DNA of 64,000 bases from Gammaproteobacteria bacterium (GTDB lineage Bacteria > Pseudomonadota > Gammaproteobacteria > Eutrophobiales > Eutrophobiaceae), in the NCBI GenBank assembly GCA_963422205.2, contig CAXMWX010000005.1, forward strand, positions 256,001 through 320,000, read 5' to 3'. A model generated the notes under the pieces. That model did no database searches and was not told the DNA's origin. It worked only from the letters and a program-made list of their open reading frames with translations. Shown here piece after piece: positions 30,692-42,128 of the stretch (position 1 is the first letter of the stretch; every line of letters begins with the position of its first letter). A program made the translations under genes and the position numbers.

Positions 30692-31423
30692 CTACCCTGT
30701 ATCTGCCTGCAATGCCCTGATCTCATCTGCTGTCAACTCCCAGAATTGGCCGGGGCGTCTCTTGCGTGGCAGGATATAAGCACCATAACGTGTACGTATC
30801 AAGCGGCTCACCGTCAGGCCCTGCGACTCCCACAGGCGCCTGACCTCCCGGTTGCGACCGGCCATGATCACCACATGGTACCAGTGATTACTGCCAGCAC
30901 CACCGCTATCGACAATGTCGGTAAAACGTGCAGTGCCCTCTTCCAGCGTCACGCCAGCGCGCAGATTGTGTAACTGCCGGGGAGTCGCCCGCCCCAGTAC
31001 CCGCACGGCGTATTCCCGTTCGATCACGGAGCCAGGGTGCATCAGCCGGTTGGCCAGCTCGCCGTTATTGGTGAACAGCAACAGGCCGGTGGTATTGAAA
31101 TCCAGCCTGCCGATGCTGATCCAGCGGCCGCGCTTTAGCCTGGGCAGGTGCTGAAAAACGGTGCGGCGTCCCTCCGGGTCGCGTTGTGTGCAGATCTCGC
31201 CCGCCGGCTTGTAGTAGGCCAGCACCCGGGTGCGGGCAGATTGATGCACCCTGCCGCCACATAGCCTGCCGTCTACTTTTACCTTATCGCCGGGCTGCAT
31301 TCGATCGCCCAGGCGCACCGTCCTGCCGTTAATCTGGATACGACCGGCCTTGATCATCGCTTCAATCTGACGGCGGGAGCCGATGGCCAGACTCGCCAGG
31401 ACTTTTTGCACACGCTCGGTCAT
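30692..31423 (-). CDS. rluB: 23S rRNA pseudouridine synthase B
   Basis: S4 domain, GRLDFNTTGLLLFTN, GRNREVRRLWE; follows scpB. Confidence 0.95.
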   Translation of the reverse strand: MTERVQKVLASLAIGSRRQIEAMIKAGRIQINGRTVRLGDRMQPGDKVKVDGRLCGGRVHQSARTRVLAYYKPAGEICTQRDPEGRRTVFQHLPRLKRGRWISIGRLDFNTTGLLLFTNNGELANRLMHPGSVIEREYAVRVLGRATPRQLHNLRAGVTLEEGTARFTDIVDSGGAGSNHWYHVVIMAGRNREVRRLWESQGLTVSRLIRTRYGAYILPRKRRPGQFWELTADEIRALQADTG

Positions 31424-31489
31424 GGCCGGGGGTTGGGCTTTGACAGGCGGGTAACAGAGAAACGCTGCGCCCGGTCCGGTGGGCAGAGG

Positions 31490-32218
31490 CTAGTGGCTGA
31501 AGGGAACAACGTTATCCTCTACCACAACCACATCCTCGGCAGCAGGTGCTTGTTCAGCCTCTGCCGCCCATGCCTCCTGCCCAGGCCCGGCGCTGTTCGC
31601 CGCCGCACTGGCCTCGGCAGGCGGTTGTGCCGTGATTGCCTGGCTGGCCTCTCTCTCCAGGGCGGCAAACAGGTCGGGGTTGATTTTATCGAAGTCCTTG
31701 ATCTCTGCCAGCGGTGGCAGATCAGCGAGTTTTTTCAGGTTAAAATAGTCGAGAAACTGCCGGGTCGTTGCCAGCAGTTCTGGCTTGCCGGGCACGTCCC
31801 GATAGCCAACCACTTTTATCCATTCCCGCTCCTGCAGGGTACGGATAATATTCGTGTTCACACTCACCCCGCGAATCGCCTCAATCTCACCCCGGGTCAG
31901 CGGCTGCTTGTAGGCGATGATCGCCAGCGTCTCCAGCAAGGCACGGGAATAGCGCTGTGGCCGTGCATCAAACAGCGTATTTACCCAGGCGGCACAATCG
32001 CTGTGCACCTGAAAACGGAACCCACTGGCCACCTCGGCGAGGATCACGCCGCGCTCTGCATAGTCCTGCTGTAACTCCTGCAACACGGCACATACCGCAT
32101 CCCGCCCCGGTGGCTCTGGCTCCTTGTCGAACAGGGCCACTAATTGTTTCACACTCAGGGGGTCGGGCAGCGCCATCAATGCTGCCTCAACGGCGCGCTT
32201 TAATAAGGCCGGATTCAT
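31490..32218 (-). CDS. scpB: SMC-Scp complex subunit ScpB
   Basis: YSRALLETLAIIAYKQPLTRGEIEAIRGV. Confidence 0.96.
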   Translation of the reverse strand: MNPALLKRAVEAALMALPDPLSVKQLVALFDKEPEPPGRDAVCAVLQELQQDYAERGVILAEVASGFRFQVHSDCAAWVNTLFDARPQRYSRALLETLAIIAYKQPLTRGEIEAIRGVSVNTNIIRTLQEREWIKVVGYRDVPGKPELLATTRQFLDYFNLKKLADLPPLAEIKDFDKINPDLFAALEREASQAITAQPPAEASAAANSAGPGQEAWAAEAEQAPAAEDVVVVEDNVVPFSH

Positions 32219-33030
32219 GCCGCTGCTCGCACGTAAATCGGCCCGTTGGTTTCATTTTGTACCAGCTCAAGCAGCGATTCTCGGATTAATTCCAAGACCG
32301 CCAGCAAGGCCACGATCACACCCGCCCGGCCCTCCTCGGGCTGAAACAGCGCCCTGAAGTCGGTAAATTTTTCCGTGCCGACCGTATCCAGCACGATCGT
32401 CATCCGCTCACGCACCGACAAGTGCTCGGTCTCAACCTGATGATGGGTATCCATCTCCGCCCGCAGCAGCACGTCAGCGAAGGTGTGCAGGATCATCTCC
32501 AGCGAAACCACCGGTGGCTGACGGGTTGTCTGCTTGTCTGGAAATGCGACCACGGTCGCAAACAGATCACGCTCCATCCGGGGCAAGGCATCAACCGCAT
32601 CGGCAGCCTGTTTATAGCGTTCATATTCCTGCAAACGGCGCACTAACTCGGCGCGCGGATCATCCTCCTCTTCCTCATCCACCGGGCGCGGCAATAACAG
32701 GCGGGATTTGATCTCGGCCAGCATCGCCGCCATCACCAGGTACTCGCCAGCCAGATCAAGCTGCAAACTGTCTATCAATTCAATGTAACGCATGTATTGC
32801 TCGGTGATCTCGGCAACAGGAATATCCAGAATATCCATACTCTGGCGCTTAATCAGGTATAACAGTAAATCCAGCGGGCCCTCAAAGGTCTCCAAAAACA
32901 CCTTCAGGGCGGCGGGCGGGATATAGAGATCTTTCGGCACCTGATTGAAAGGTGCGCCCTGCACGATGGCAAACGGCATTTCGCTCTGCCCAGCCTCAGA
33001 AGGGACGGGATTTTCGCTTTCAGTGCTCAT
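32215..33030 (-). CDS. scpA: Segregation and condensation protein A
   Basis: FEGPLDLLLYLI, DPRAELVRRLQEYE. Confidence 0.96.
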   Translation of the reverse strand: MSTESENPVPSEAGQSEMPFAIVQGAPFNQVPKDLYIPPAALKVFLETFEGPLDLLLYLIKRQSMDILDIPVAEITEQYMRYIELIDSLQLDLAGEYLVMAAMLAEIKSRLLLPRPVDEEEEDDPRAELVRRLQEYERYKQAADAVDALPRMERDLFATVVAFPDKQTTRQPPVVSLEMILHTFADVLLRAEMDTHHQVETEHLSVRERMTIVLDTVGTEKFTDFRALFQPEEGRAGVIVALLAVLELIRESLLELVQNETNGPIYVRAAA

Positions 33031-33089
33031 GGGATACTGATCTTATCTTCTGCTGCACCCACGGGAAACCAGGAAGTAAACACGCCGTA

Positions 33090-33557
33090 TCAGCCTGCAT
33101 CAGGTATTGCAGGCCACTCCCTCAAAGGGGATAGCTCGCCATCGGCGGACAGGCATTTGCCAGTCCAAAGTCGACACCTGGGGTCGACACCTGGGAGCGA
33201 CACTGGCTGGCCGCCCAGGTTGCATCGAACCGCTGGCGGACTTGTGCCGCGCTGAACCGGTACACCCGGGCGTTCTTTAGGAGCATCGCCATCATCCACG
33301 GCGGCAACGATGATGGGCCACATCATCAAGTATCTTCCACCTGGCACCCACTCTGATGGCACGACGCTGATATCCCAATCCCTGGTGGTACGGATGGCCA
33401 TGCGCTGGTGCTTGCCGTTTTCTGCAATTTCCCAGACCTTAACCCATCCTGGCGCCCGCCCCGGAGCAAAGCCCTTGTCCTTGAGTGCGCGCAAGGCCGC
33501 GTTGATGAGGGTACTTGCGAAAGCGGCATGATGTTGGCCTGGTTTGACATGGTGCAT
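33090..33557 (-). pseudogene. Eroded hypothetical gene between trpS and scpA
   Basis: Plausible N-terminal half, after which the reading appears to change frame; family unknown. Confidence 0.35.
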
Positions 33558-33654
33558 CCGCCCTGTTTACTCGCATGGGTGTCATTGCCCGGACACTATA
33601 CCATATCCACACGGTTTGCAGATCATTCGCACCCTCGTTGTTTGAGCAGCAAGA

Positions 33655-34866
33655 TCAGCGGTAGGCAAGCCCCATGGCCTGTCGCACCTCATCGAGGGTC
33701 TCACGGGCAATGTCCCTGGCCGCCTCACACCCTTCATGGATAATCGCCCTGACTGTCTCCGGCTCGCTGATATACTCCTCGGCACGTTGCCGGAACGGGC
33801 CCTGCTCTTTCAGCACGCTGTCAATCAGCGGCCGCTTGCAATCCAGGCAACCGATACGGGCGCTGGTACAGCCCTCGATGACCCATTGTCTCAGACCATC
33901 ATCAGAATAGACCTCATGCAGCGCAAACACCGGACACTTGGCCGGATCGCCCGGATCATCCCGCCTGATCCGCGCCGGATCAGTCGGCATGGTGTTGATC
34001 TTCTCCTCCACGCTGGCCGGATTCTCGCGCAGGGAAATCGTATTGCCGTAGGATTTCGACATCTTCTGCCCATCCATGCCGGGCAGCTTCGGCGACTCGG
34101 TCAGCAGCGCTTGGGGTTCGGGGAAGATCATCTTGCCGCCGCCCTCCAGATAGCCCGCCAGCCGCTCCTGATCACCGATGCTGATATTCTGCTGGCTGGC
34201 TATCATCGCCCGGGCCTTCTCCAGCGCCATGCCATCACCCTGCTCCTGATAATGCCTGCGTAGCTCAAAATAGCGGCGGGCATTTTTCTTCCCCATCTTT
34301 TTGGCCGCCCTCTCCGCCTTGTCCTCAAAGCCCGGCTCACGACCATAGAGATAATTAAACCGGCGGGCAATCTCGCGCGCCATCTCCACATGCGGCACCT
34401 GATCTTCACCGACTGGCACGTGGCTGGCCTTGAAGATGATAATATCGGCACTCTGCAACAGCGGATAGCCCAGAAAACCGTAGGTGGTGAGGTCTTTGCC
34501 CGACAGCTTCTCCTGCTGATCTTTATAGCTTGGCACACGCTCCAGCCAACTCAGCGGCGTGATCATGGACAAGAGCAGATGCAGCTCGGCATGTTCGGGG
34601 ATATGCGACTGTATGTACAAGCGGGCGGCACCGGGATTGATCCCCACGGCCAGCCAGTCGATCACCATCTCCCAGATATTGGACTCGATCTCGCCCGGCC
34701 CTTCGTATTCGGTGGTAAGCGCATGCCAGTCGACCACGCTGAAAAAACATTCATATTCGGACTGTAGTTTGACCCAGTTTTTTAACACGCCGTGATAATG
34801 GCCGAGGTGTAACTGCCCGGTTGGGCGCATGCCTGACATGACCCGTGGCGTAGCTGATACTGACAA
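33655..34866 (-). CDS. trpS: Tryptophan--tRNA ligase
   Basis: SGMRPTGQLHLGH, VPVGEDQ, KMSKS; TTG start chosen after the AAGGGGG RBS. Confidence 0.97.
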   Translation of the reverse strand: MSVSATPRVMSGMRPTGQLHLGHYHGVLKNWVKLQSEYECFFSVVDWHALTTEYEGPGEIESNIWEMVIDWLAVGINPGAARLYIQSHIPEHAELHLLLSMITPLSWLERVPSYKDQQEKLSGKDLTTYGFLGYPLLQSADIIIFKASHVPVGEDQVPHVEMAREIARRFNYLYGREPGFEDKAERAAKKMGKKNARRYFELRRHYQEQGDGMALEKARAMIASQQNISIGDQERLAGYLEGGGKMIFPEPQALLTESPKLPGMDGQKMSKSYGNTISLRENPASVEEKINTMPTDPARIRRDDPGDPAKCPVFALHEVYSDDGLRQWVIEGCTSARIGCLDCKRPLIDSVLKEQGPFRQRAEEYISEPETVRAIIHEGCEAARDIARETLDEVRQAMGLAYR

Positions 34867-35299
34867 AAAATCCCCCTTATGGCTGGTAGCGAAACCCCGA
34901 TTATACATCACCAGATGATACACACCTATACATACCTCGGGGCTGGCTTGAGATAAGCCGATTTTATGCTGTCATACCAGCGAGGCGCGATGGCAGTAGT
35001 CTTCAACATGACAGGGCGCCTTACAGACAAGCAGGGGTCACATTAACGGGATTAAAAATTACCGCTGCCCTGGGGGGGTGTCCTGGGGAGTTGTCCTCGG
35101 ATGTTGCCCTGGGATATTACCCGGGCACGTTGTCTTGAGAGGAAGCGCTATATCGGCCAGTTATCCGGGGCAGCAACTTAATTTATCTACCTATTCCGGC
35201 TCAAAATGCAAATCATGGGCATCCATCAAAAGAAATCGCGGGTTGATTTTGCTGTCCCCCCGACAGAGTCTACCCCTCATCTGCAATTTCACTTAGGAG

Positions 35300-35417
35300 A
35301 CATTGTGAACCTCTGAAATGACTGGAAGGCGAAAATAGAAGCAGACGAGAGTTATTTTGGATGAAGACGCCAAGACCAGCGGGGTCGCGCTGCCAAGGAT
35401 AAAGTCCCTGTATTCAA
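35300..35417 (+). mobile_element. IS1595-family transposase remnant
   Basis: Reads IEADESYFG*RRQDQRGRAAKDKVPVF, like the EADESYFGG..GKRGRGA.GK.PVF motif. Confidence 0.7.
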
Positions 35418-36028
35418 GGTTCGATTCCTAAGATCAGCAAGGGAACGGGCGGGCTGTTTCTTCCCTGTCTCATGACGTTATACACTTCACCTTCAAAATA
35501 GGCGATTCCCGTGTCCATTTGTTTTTGCATCTTTTTAGTTGGCAGAATCTCAATGCCCACATTGATCACGCCCCCAGAGTAAAATAGCATGTGCTTGACG
35601 AATAGGTCGAAAGCGACAAAAGCGTACTTTCCAAACTGAACTTCAACAGCAATTTTGTCTTTAACAAAGTCAGTTTGCTTGTAACTTTTGATTGGCTCCT
35701 CTCCGGTTTTGTTTGTTAAAAATTCTTTCTGTTCTGCATAGGGTAAAAGAATGCTTTGTTCTATCAGGTCTCGGTCGAGTGTTATGAAATACTGATATCT
35801 ACTTTCATGCCAACCCAATGCACTGAATTTAGAATCGAAGAGTTTGTTCAGATGCTTCTGATCTATCATCTGTCGTCCGATTCTTGCACTGTCTTTGCTC
35901 GGTTTAAAAGACAAATCAGATGTTTTAATAGATGAAATAACGTTTTTAATTTCCTTGTACCGCTTGTTGTGATGCACAATAAGATATTCCTCTCCGTTAA
36001 GATGGGAATAAGTCTGAGCTATTTCCAT
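35414..36028 (-). CDS. BglII/BstYI-family type II restriction endonuclease
   Basis: YSHLNGEEYL, TDFVKDKIAVEVQFGKYAF. Confidence 0.9.
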   Translation of the reverse strand: MEIAQTYSHLNGEEYLIVHHNKRYKEIKNVISSIKTSDLSFKPSKDSARIGRQMIDQKHLNKLFDSKFSALGWHESRYQYFITLDRDLIEQSILLPYAEQKEFLTNKTGEEPIKSYKQTDFVKDKIAVEVQFGKYAFVAFDLFVKHMLFYSGGVINVGIEILPTKKMQKQMDTGIAYFEGEVYNVMRQGRNSPPVPLLILGIEP

Positions 36029-36066
36029 TGGCGGGTGTTTCCATTGAGTTTCAGTTTACCGCCCAC

Positions 36067-37062
36067 TCATTCCCTGGGGCGTTGAGCGATCTTGTCCGTT
36101 GGCTTTGGCTTATGAATAGGCTTGTTAATCGGACGAAGTTTCAGTTCGCCAGCTTTGAATTTTTTAATTCGTTCGTTGGCTGTTTGAACATATTTGGCTT
36201 CTCTATCAATCCCGACGACATTTCTTTGGTTCTTGATCGCAGCAAGTAGAGTTGACCCAACTCCGGCATAAGGATCCAACACCCAACTGTTTTTGTTCGT
36301 TAAAGCAAGAAGGCATCGCTCAACGAGTTCAACAGGATATTGGCAGGGATGTTCCGTTTTTTCAGGATGGTTGGATTTCACATTGGGTATGTTCCACAGC
36401 GCATTTTCCCAATCCGTAACAACAATTTCCCAAATATCAGATGGGTTCTTGCCATTAGGGTTTCCGGAAAGCTGTCCTCTTTTCGGGCCTTTGAAATGTC
36501 TCTTGCCAGGATATTTTGCCGGCACTCTCACATCGTCCAAATTGAAAATGTAGTCATCAGTTTTGGAGAACCAGAGAATAGTTTCATAGCGTCCAGAGAA
36601 GCGATTCGAAGCATGAAGTCCGTGTCCAAAATGCCAGATTATTCGATTTCTAAGCCTAAGCCCATGTTGCTTAAAAATCTGGTAATAGAATATGTCCAAT
36701 GGAAATATTTCTCCCTTGTCCACATAGTTTCCAACTTGCCAGCAAATACTTCCTTGCTCAGAAGTGACGCGAACCAATTCATCAATGACTGATGCCTGCT
36801 GTTTTAAGTATTTTTCGATTGAGATCTTTGTCTCGTATTCCTTGCCAACATTGTATGGGGGAGAAGTGATCACTAAATCAAATTTCCCGGAATCGAGTTT
36901 TTTCAGATTAGAGAGAGTATCTCCCTCAATCATTTGATGTTGGGCAGGATACATCTCCTTGATAAATTCTGGAAAATTTTGGTTTACAAGGTTCATAGTA
37001 AAGCAATGGGTTAGAAATGAAATGGCTTCGTTATTCAGGACAGCCCCTGAAAATAATGGCAA
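36067..37062 (-). CDS. N4/N6 DNA methyltransferase (beta order), cognate of the BglII-like REase
   Basis: TSPPYN precedes HPCQYP...DPYAGVGST; start uncertain. Confidence 0.92.
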   Translation of the reverse strand: MPLFSGAVLNNEAISFLTHCFTMNLVNQNFPEFIKEMYPAQHQMIEGDTLSNLKKLDSGKFDLVITSPPYNVGKEYETKISIEKYLKQQASVIDELVRVTSEQGSICWQVGNYVDKGEIFPLDIFYYQIFKQHGLRLRNRIIWHFGHGLHASNRFSGRYETILWFSKTDDYIFNLDDVRVPAKYPGKRHFKGPKRGQLSGNPNGKNPSDIWEIVVTDWENALWNIPNVKSNHPEKTEHPCQYPVELVERCLLALTNKNSWVLDPYAGVGSTLLAAIKNQRNVVGIDREAKYVQTANERIKKFKAGELKLRPINKPIHKPKPTDKIAQRPRE

Positions 37063-37371
37063 TGACTAAAAAACGTTCGTATCCTTCCCTTTCAAGTCCT
37101 TCGTTAAATCTTGCTCGTTCCCTTGCCCCCAGTTCGTTAAATTTGCTCAACGCTACTCTCCTGTAGCACTCAAAAGCCAGGGGCTTTCCTGGATGTGCCA
37201 GCCATAATAGCTCTACCTCATTATTTCATCTGGTTAATCCCTGCGTTTGACACCTGGCCTTACGCCATCTGCAAAGGCGATACACTATAGCAGGCGGGAC
37301 GGTGGATTGTCAGGATGAATTTTAACTGACTGTACCATATACTGCTGCTTTGTCTAACCGCGTGAGACATC

Positions 37372-37938
37372 ATGAAATTTTTATTCGATTTATTTCCTGT
37401 GCTTGCTTTCTTTATCGCCTACTACATCCCGGATGACCGGGAGCAGGCCATTTATATCGCCACCCTGGTGGCCATCATCGCCTCTGTCATTCAGGTCGGC
37501 GGCGCCTGGCTGCTGACCCGCAAGGTGGAGAAGATGCACCTCATCACGCTGGTGATCATTGTCGTGCTGGGTGCGATCACCTTGCTCCTGCAAGACAAGC
37601 GGTTCTGGTTCTGGAAACCGACGATTGTCAACTGGCTGTTTGCCGCTGTCTTTTTTGCCAGCCAGTATATCGGCAAGCGACCGGTGATTGAACGCATGCT
37701 GTCGCAGGCCGTTGATGCGCCCCGAACCGTCTGGTTAAGGTTAAACCTTGCCTGGGTTGTGTTTTTTATCATCGTGGGGCTGTTAAATATCTATGTGGCA
37801 TTTAATTTTGCTGAACATATCTGGGTTAATTTCAAGCTCTTCGGCCTGATGGGGTTGACCCTGATATTCGCTCTTGCACAGGCGTTTGTGCTTGCCCGCT
37901 ACATGAAAGCACCGGAAGAACAGGGCGCCGAGGAATGA
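37372..37938 (+). CDS. yciB: Inner membrane septation protein A
   Basis: MKFLFDLFPV, WKPTIVNWLFA, WVNFKLFG. Confidence 0.95.
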   Translation: MKFLFDLFPVLAFFIAYYIPDDREQAIYIATLVAIIASVIQVGGAWLLTRKVEKMHLITLVIIVVLGAITLLLQDKRFWFWKPTIVNWLFAAVFFASQYIGKRPVIERMLSQAVDAPRTVWLRLNLAWVVFFIIVGLLNIYVAFNFAEHIWVNFKLFGLMGLTLIFALAQAFVLARYMKAPEEQGAEE

Positions 37939-38213
37939 CAGAACAACGGCTGGCGATGATACGCCAGCGCTTAACCGGCGCATTCACACCGCACCGCCTG
38001 GACATCGTTGATGAGTCGCATCAACATGTCGGCCATGCGGGGGCCGCCGCCGGGGGCGGGCATTTTCGGGTAAGCATAGTCAGCGAGGCGTTCATGGCAC
38101 AGACCACGCTGCAACGTCATCGCAAGGTCTATGCCGCACTCGCCGACATGATGCCCGAACACATCCATGCCGTGAGCATTCTCGCCCGAACGCCGGCAGA
38201 GGCAGACGACTGA
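37935..38213 (+). CDS. bolA: BolA family protein
   Basis: DESHQHVGH, GHFRVSIVS, RHRKVY, IHA. Confidence 0.93.
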   Translation: MTEQRLAMIRQRLTGAFTPHRLDIVDESHQHVGHAGAAAGGGHFRVSIVSEAFMAQTTLQRHRKVYAALADMMPEHIHAVSILARTPAEADD

Positions 38214-38383
38214 TCCCTATCGGCAAGTTCTCACAGAGAGACTGTACCTGGCCGGGGCCCGATCACATGCAGAGGCGATCACAGGTGATGTGCTTAAACG
38301 CCCTCGCTCCTGGCTGAACTGGCAACGAAGCACCCGACAAAAGCAAGCCGTCAAAAAATGCCGTGATGTTACACTGACCGCTC

Positions 38384-39506
38384 ATGACCGTAGCGCTGAC
38401 AAAACAACTGATTAGCCGTGCTTCGGTGACGCCCGCCGATGCCGGTTGCCAGCCGCTGATTGCCGAGCGACTGGCCGCCAGCGGCTTTGTTGCCACCCAC
38501 CTGCACTATGATGCGGTGGATAATCTCTGGCTGACGCATGGCAGCGGGGCGCCGGTATTCACCTTTCTTGGTCATACCGATGTGGTACCGCCAGGGCCGC
38601 TGGAACACTGGCACAGCAACCCCTTCCAGGGCGAAGTGCGGGATGGCCTGCTCTATGGCCGTGGGGGCGGCGGACATGAAGGGCAGCATCGCTGCGATGG
38701 TGACGGCGCTGGAGCGTTTTACCGCCGACAGGCCCGATCATAACGGCACGCTGGCCATGCTGCTGACCAGCGATGAGGAGGGGGTTGCCATCAATGGCAC
38801 GGCCAGGGCCATGGGCTATTTGCAGGAAAACGGCATTCATATCGACTGGTGCCTGGTCGGCGAGCCATCCAGCCAGGAACGGCTGGGCGATGTGATAAAA
38901 AACGGGCGGCGCGGCTCCCTGAACGGGCGGCTTGTCGTCACGGGCAGGCAGGGGCATACCGCCTACCCGCACTTGGCCGATAACCCGATACACCGGCTGG
39001 CACCGGCGTTGATGACACTCACGCAACGGACCTGGGATGACGGCAACGCCCACTACCCGCCCAGCAGCCTGCAAATATCCAACATCCAGGCGGGAACGGG
39101 CGCCACGAATGTGATCCCGGCCACGGTGACGGTCGATTTCAACTTGCGTTTTTCCACTATCTGGACGGCGGCAGAATTGCAACGGGAAGTCGCCCTGCTG
39201 CTGGATAACCATCAACTGAACTATCGCTGTGACTGGGCGCCGGCTAGCCCGCCGTTTTTTACCGGCAGCGGTAACTTGCTGGCCGCCGTGCAGCGGGCGA
39301 TCACATCCCGCTGCGGTATTGACGCCACGCCCTCAACCGCTGGCGGCACCTCTGATGGCCGTTTCGTTGCCCCCACGGGTGCCGAGGTGGTGGAACTGGG
39401 GCCGGTCAATGCCACTATTCACCAGGTGAATGAATGCGTCAGCATCGCCGATCTCAAGACATTGAGCGAGGTGTATGAGGCGGTCATCAACGAGCTGATG
39501 GGGTAA
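38384..39506 (+). CDS. dapE: Succinyl-diaminopimelate desuccinylase (apparent +1 frameshift in G run 38663-38667)
   Basis: [13 protein letters not shown]|[32 protein letters not shown]. Confidence 0.93.
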
Positions 39507-39988
39507 GCAGATGTTTGAACGATGGTTAGAGAAAATCCTGTAAGCCAGCCGCTGGTTATTAGCGCCGGTCTGTATCGCATGGCTTTTCCAATCCACCGGG
39601 AATGATAAAGTCGTTACTTGCAAATTTGGGATGAGGAATTAAGGGCATACGTCAGAAGGGCCTGGGCAAGATAGTATGCCCGTGAAAACCGCGTTGGGCG
39701 TGATGAGATACCAAGGTTTGTGGGGGCGCTCACCGGTGCAAAATCCACAGTCAAGGCGTTTTTATCATCACCTCTTGCTTCACGGATAGCGCAGCAAGGG
39801 ATGCCAGCGGCCTGCACGGCAGTGCCAATCTGGTCTTGATAGATGGCCAGCAGCTGACCGGCCATATTTATGACGATGGATTAGGCAGGCTGAGCAGTCC
39901 ATCCCCATTAAAAATCCCCATTAACAAACTGGATACCGATTTCCGGGATGAGATGCAGGATGATGCACATGCCCGACAAGAGAGGGCC

Positions 39989-41293
39989 TCAGGCCGTGGC
40001 GGCATCATCAAACTGTGCTTGTTCAGTGGAACCGGCGAGCGCAGTGACCGAGGACTGCCCGCCCTGTATGATGGTGGTAACCTCATCAAAATAACCGGCG
40101 CCCACTTCCTGCTGATGGCTGGCAAAGGTATAGCCCCGGCTGGCGGCGGCAAACTCCGGCTCCTGCACCATATCGACATAAGCCGTCATGCCTTTTTCGA
40201 CATAGTGATGCGCCAGATCAAACATGTGATACCACATGTTATGGATCCCGGCCAGGGTGATGAACTGGTACTTGTACCCCATCGCGCCCAGCTCACGCTG
40301 AAATCTGGCGATGGTGGCATCATCTAGGTTCTTTTTCCAGTTAAAAGAAGGCGAGCAGTTATACGCCAGCAACTGCTGTGGGTGCTTGTCCTTGATTGCC
40401 TCGGCAAAACGCTTCGCCTCATCCAGATCGGGTACCGCCGTCTCACACCAGAGCAAATCGGCATAAGGCGCATACGACAGGCCGCGTGCTATGGCCTGTT
40501 CCAGCCCGGGGCGGGTGACGTAAAAACCCTCGGCGGTGCGCTCGCCGGTAATGAATTTTTTGTCCCGCTCATCGGTATCCGAGGTCAACAGGTTAGCCGC
40601 ATTGGCATCGGTTCGGGCCAGCACGACTGTGGGCACTCCCATCGTATCGGCCGCCAGCCGTGCCGCGGTTAATTTCTGTACAGCATCCTGCGTAGGCACC
40701 AGCACCTTGCCGCCCATGTGTCCGCACTTCTTCACCGATGCCAGTTGATCTTCGAAATGCACGCCCGCCGCGCCCGCCTCGATCATGGCCTTCATCAATT
40801 CAAACGCATTCAGCACCCCGCCAAAACCGGCCTCGGCATCGGCCACGATGGGCGCAAAGAAATCAATATCAACCCCCCCCTCTTTTTCTCTGGCGCACTG
40901 AATCTCATCAGCGCGCTTAAAGGCATTGTTGATACGCCGTACCATGGTGGGTACGGAATCCACGGCATACAAAGACTGATCCGGGTACATGGTCTGTGAG
41001 GTATTGCCATCGGCCGCCACCTGCCAGCCGGACAGATAAATCGCCTTCACGCCCGCCTTGACCTGTTGCACCGCCTGACCACCGGTCAGCGCGCCCAGGC
41101 AGTTCACATAATCGTTTTCATGCAGCAGCCGCCACAGCTGCGCCGCACCGCGCCGCGCCAGGGTATGCTCAATCTGCACCGAGCCGCGCAGGCGCACCAC
41201 ATCGGCGGCGGTATAATCACGCCGGACATCTCGCCAGCGGGGGTTTTCTTTCCAGTCCTGTTCCAGTTGTTCGCTTTGTGCCGCAGCGCTCAT
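39989..41293 (-). CDS. aceA: Isocitrate lyase
   Basis: [28 protein letters not shown]. Confidence 0.98.
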   Translation of the reverse strand: MSAAAQSEQLEQDWKENPRWRDVRRDYTAADVVRLRGSVQIEHTLARRGAAQLWRLLHENDYVNCLGALTGGQAVQQVKAGVKAIYLSGWQVAADGNTSQTMYPDQSLYAVDSVPTMVRRINNAFKRADEIQCAREKEGGVDIDFFAPIVADAEAGFGGVLNAFELMKAMIEAGAAGVHFEDQLASVKKCGHMGGKVLVPTQDAVQKLTAARLAADTMGVPTVVLARTDANAANLLTSDTDERDKKFITGERTAEGFYVTRPGLEQAIARGLSYAPYADLLWCETAVPDLDEAKRFAEAIKDKHPQQLLAYNCSPSFNWKKNLDDATIARFQRELGAMGYKYQFITLAGIHNMWYHMFDLAHHYVEKGMTAYVDMVQEPEFAAASRGYTFASHQQEVGAGYFDEVTTIIQGGQSSVTALAGSTEQAQFDDAATA

Positions 41294-41786
41294 CAATCTC
41301 TCTCCTTAAACAAACATTATACCAGGGCAAGCCTAAGGGCTAACCTGCCAGTGTTGAGGGGCGCACAGGTTACGCTGCGGCGCAACATTTGACAAGCAAA
41401 TTCTGCCCAGCGGGATGACTGGCTTTGCCAAAACCCGCCTGCCTGTGCCGTATCCATACCGGGAGATTTCACGATAAAAAACCAATAATCAAGCAGTTAC
41501 CGGGGCCCTCGCGGGACGGGTGAGGGCTATAAGATGAGCGGCTGTACGGCCAACCGCTGATGATGGCCTTGCCCGATGATGAGGATAGACTCATCGCCCG
41601 CTGCCCGCCTAATGCGGTATTGAACGCCTACACTTGCCGGCTATCGAATGATGTCAACAGACGATAAAATAATCACGCCGGCTTGATCTTTGCCTGCCAG
41701 AACAAATAGGTAAAACATGCTAAAGTTAGCGTTACTATGTTAAGCACAAAGCGAAGTCATATCGTCTGGAGCATAAGAGTATAACG

Positions 41787-42107
41787 ATGGCAGATAAAAC
41801 CGAACATCACCCTGATGATGGCCTGGCCCTGCAGGAAGCCCGGCCGAAGCTGAAAAAACCGCCGTTGTATAAAGTCATTTTGATCAACGATGACTACACA
41901 CCGATGGAATTTGTGGTACATATCCTGGAAATCTTCTTTGCGATGAGTCGGGAAAATGCGACCCGCATCATGCTTGAGATACATACGATGGGCAAGGGCG
42001 TGTGTGGCATCTTCACCCATGAGATCGCCGAGACCAAGGTATCGCAGGTAAACCATTACTCACGCGAGAATGAACACCCATTAATGTGTACGATGGAGAA
42101 AGCGTAA
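41787..42107 (+). CDS. clpS: Clp protease adaptor ClpS
   Basis: [17 protein letters not shown]. Confidence 0.97.
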   Translation: MADKTEHHPDDGLALQEARPKLKKPPLYKVILINDDYTPMEFVVHILEIFFAMSRENATRIMLEIHTMGKGVCGIFTHEIAETKVSQVNHYSRENEHPLMCTMEKA

Positions 42108-42128
42108 CCTTAAAAGAGGAGATGATGA

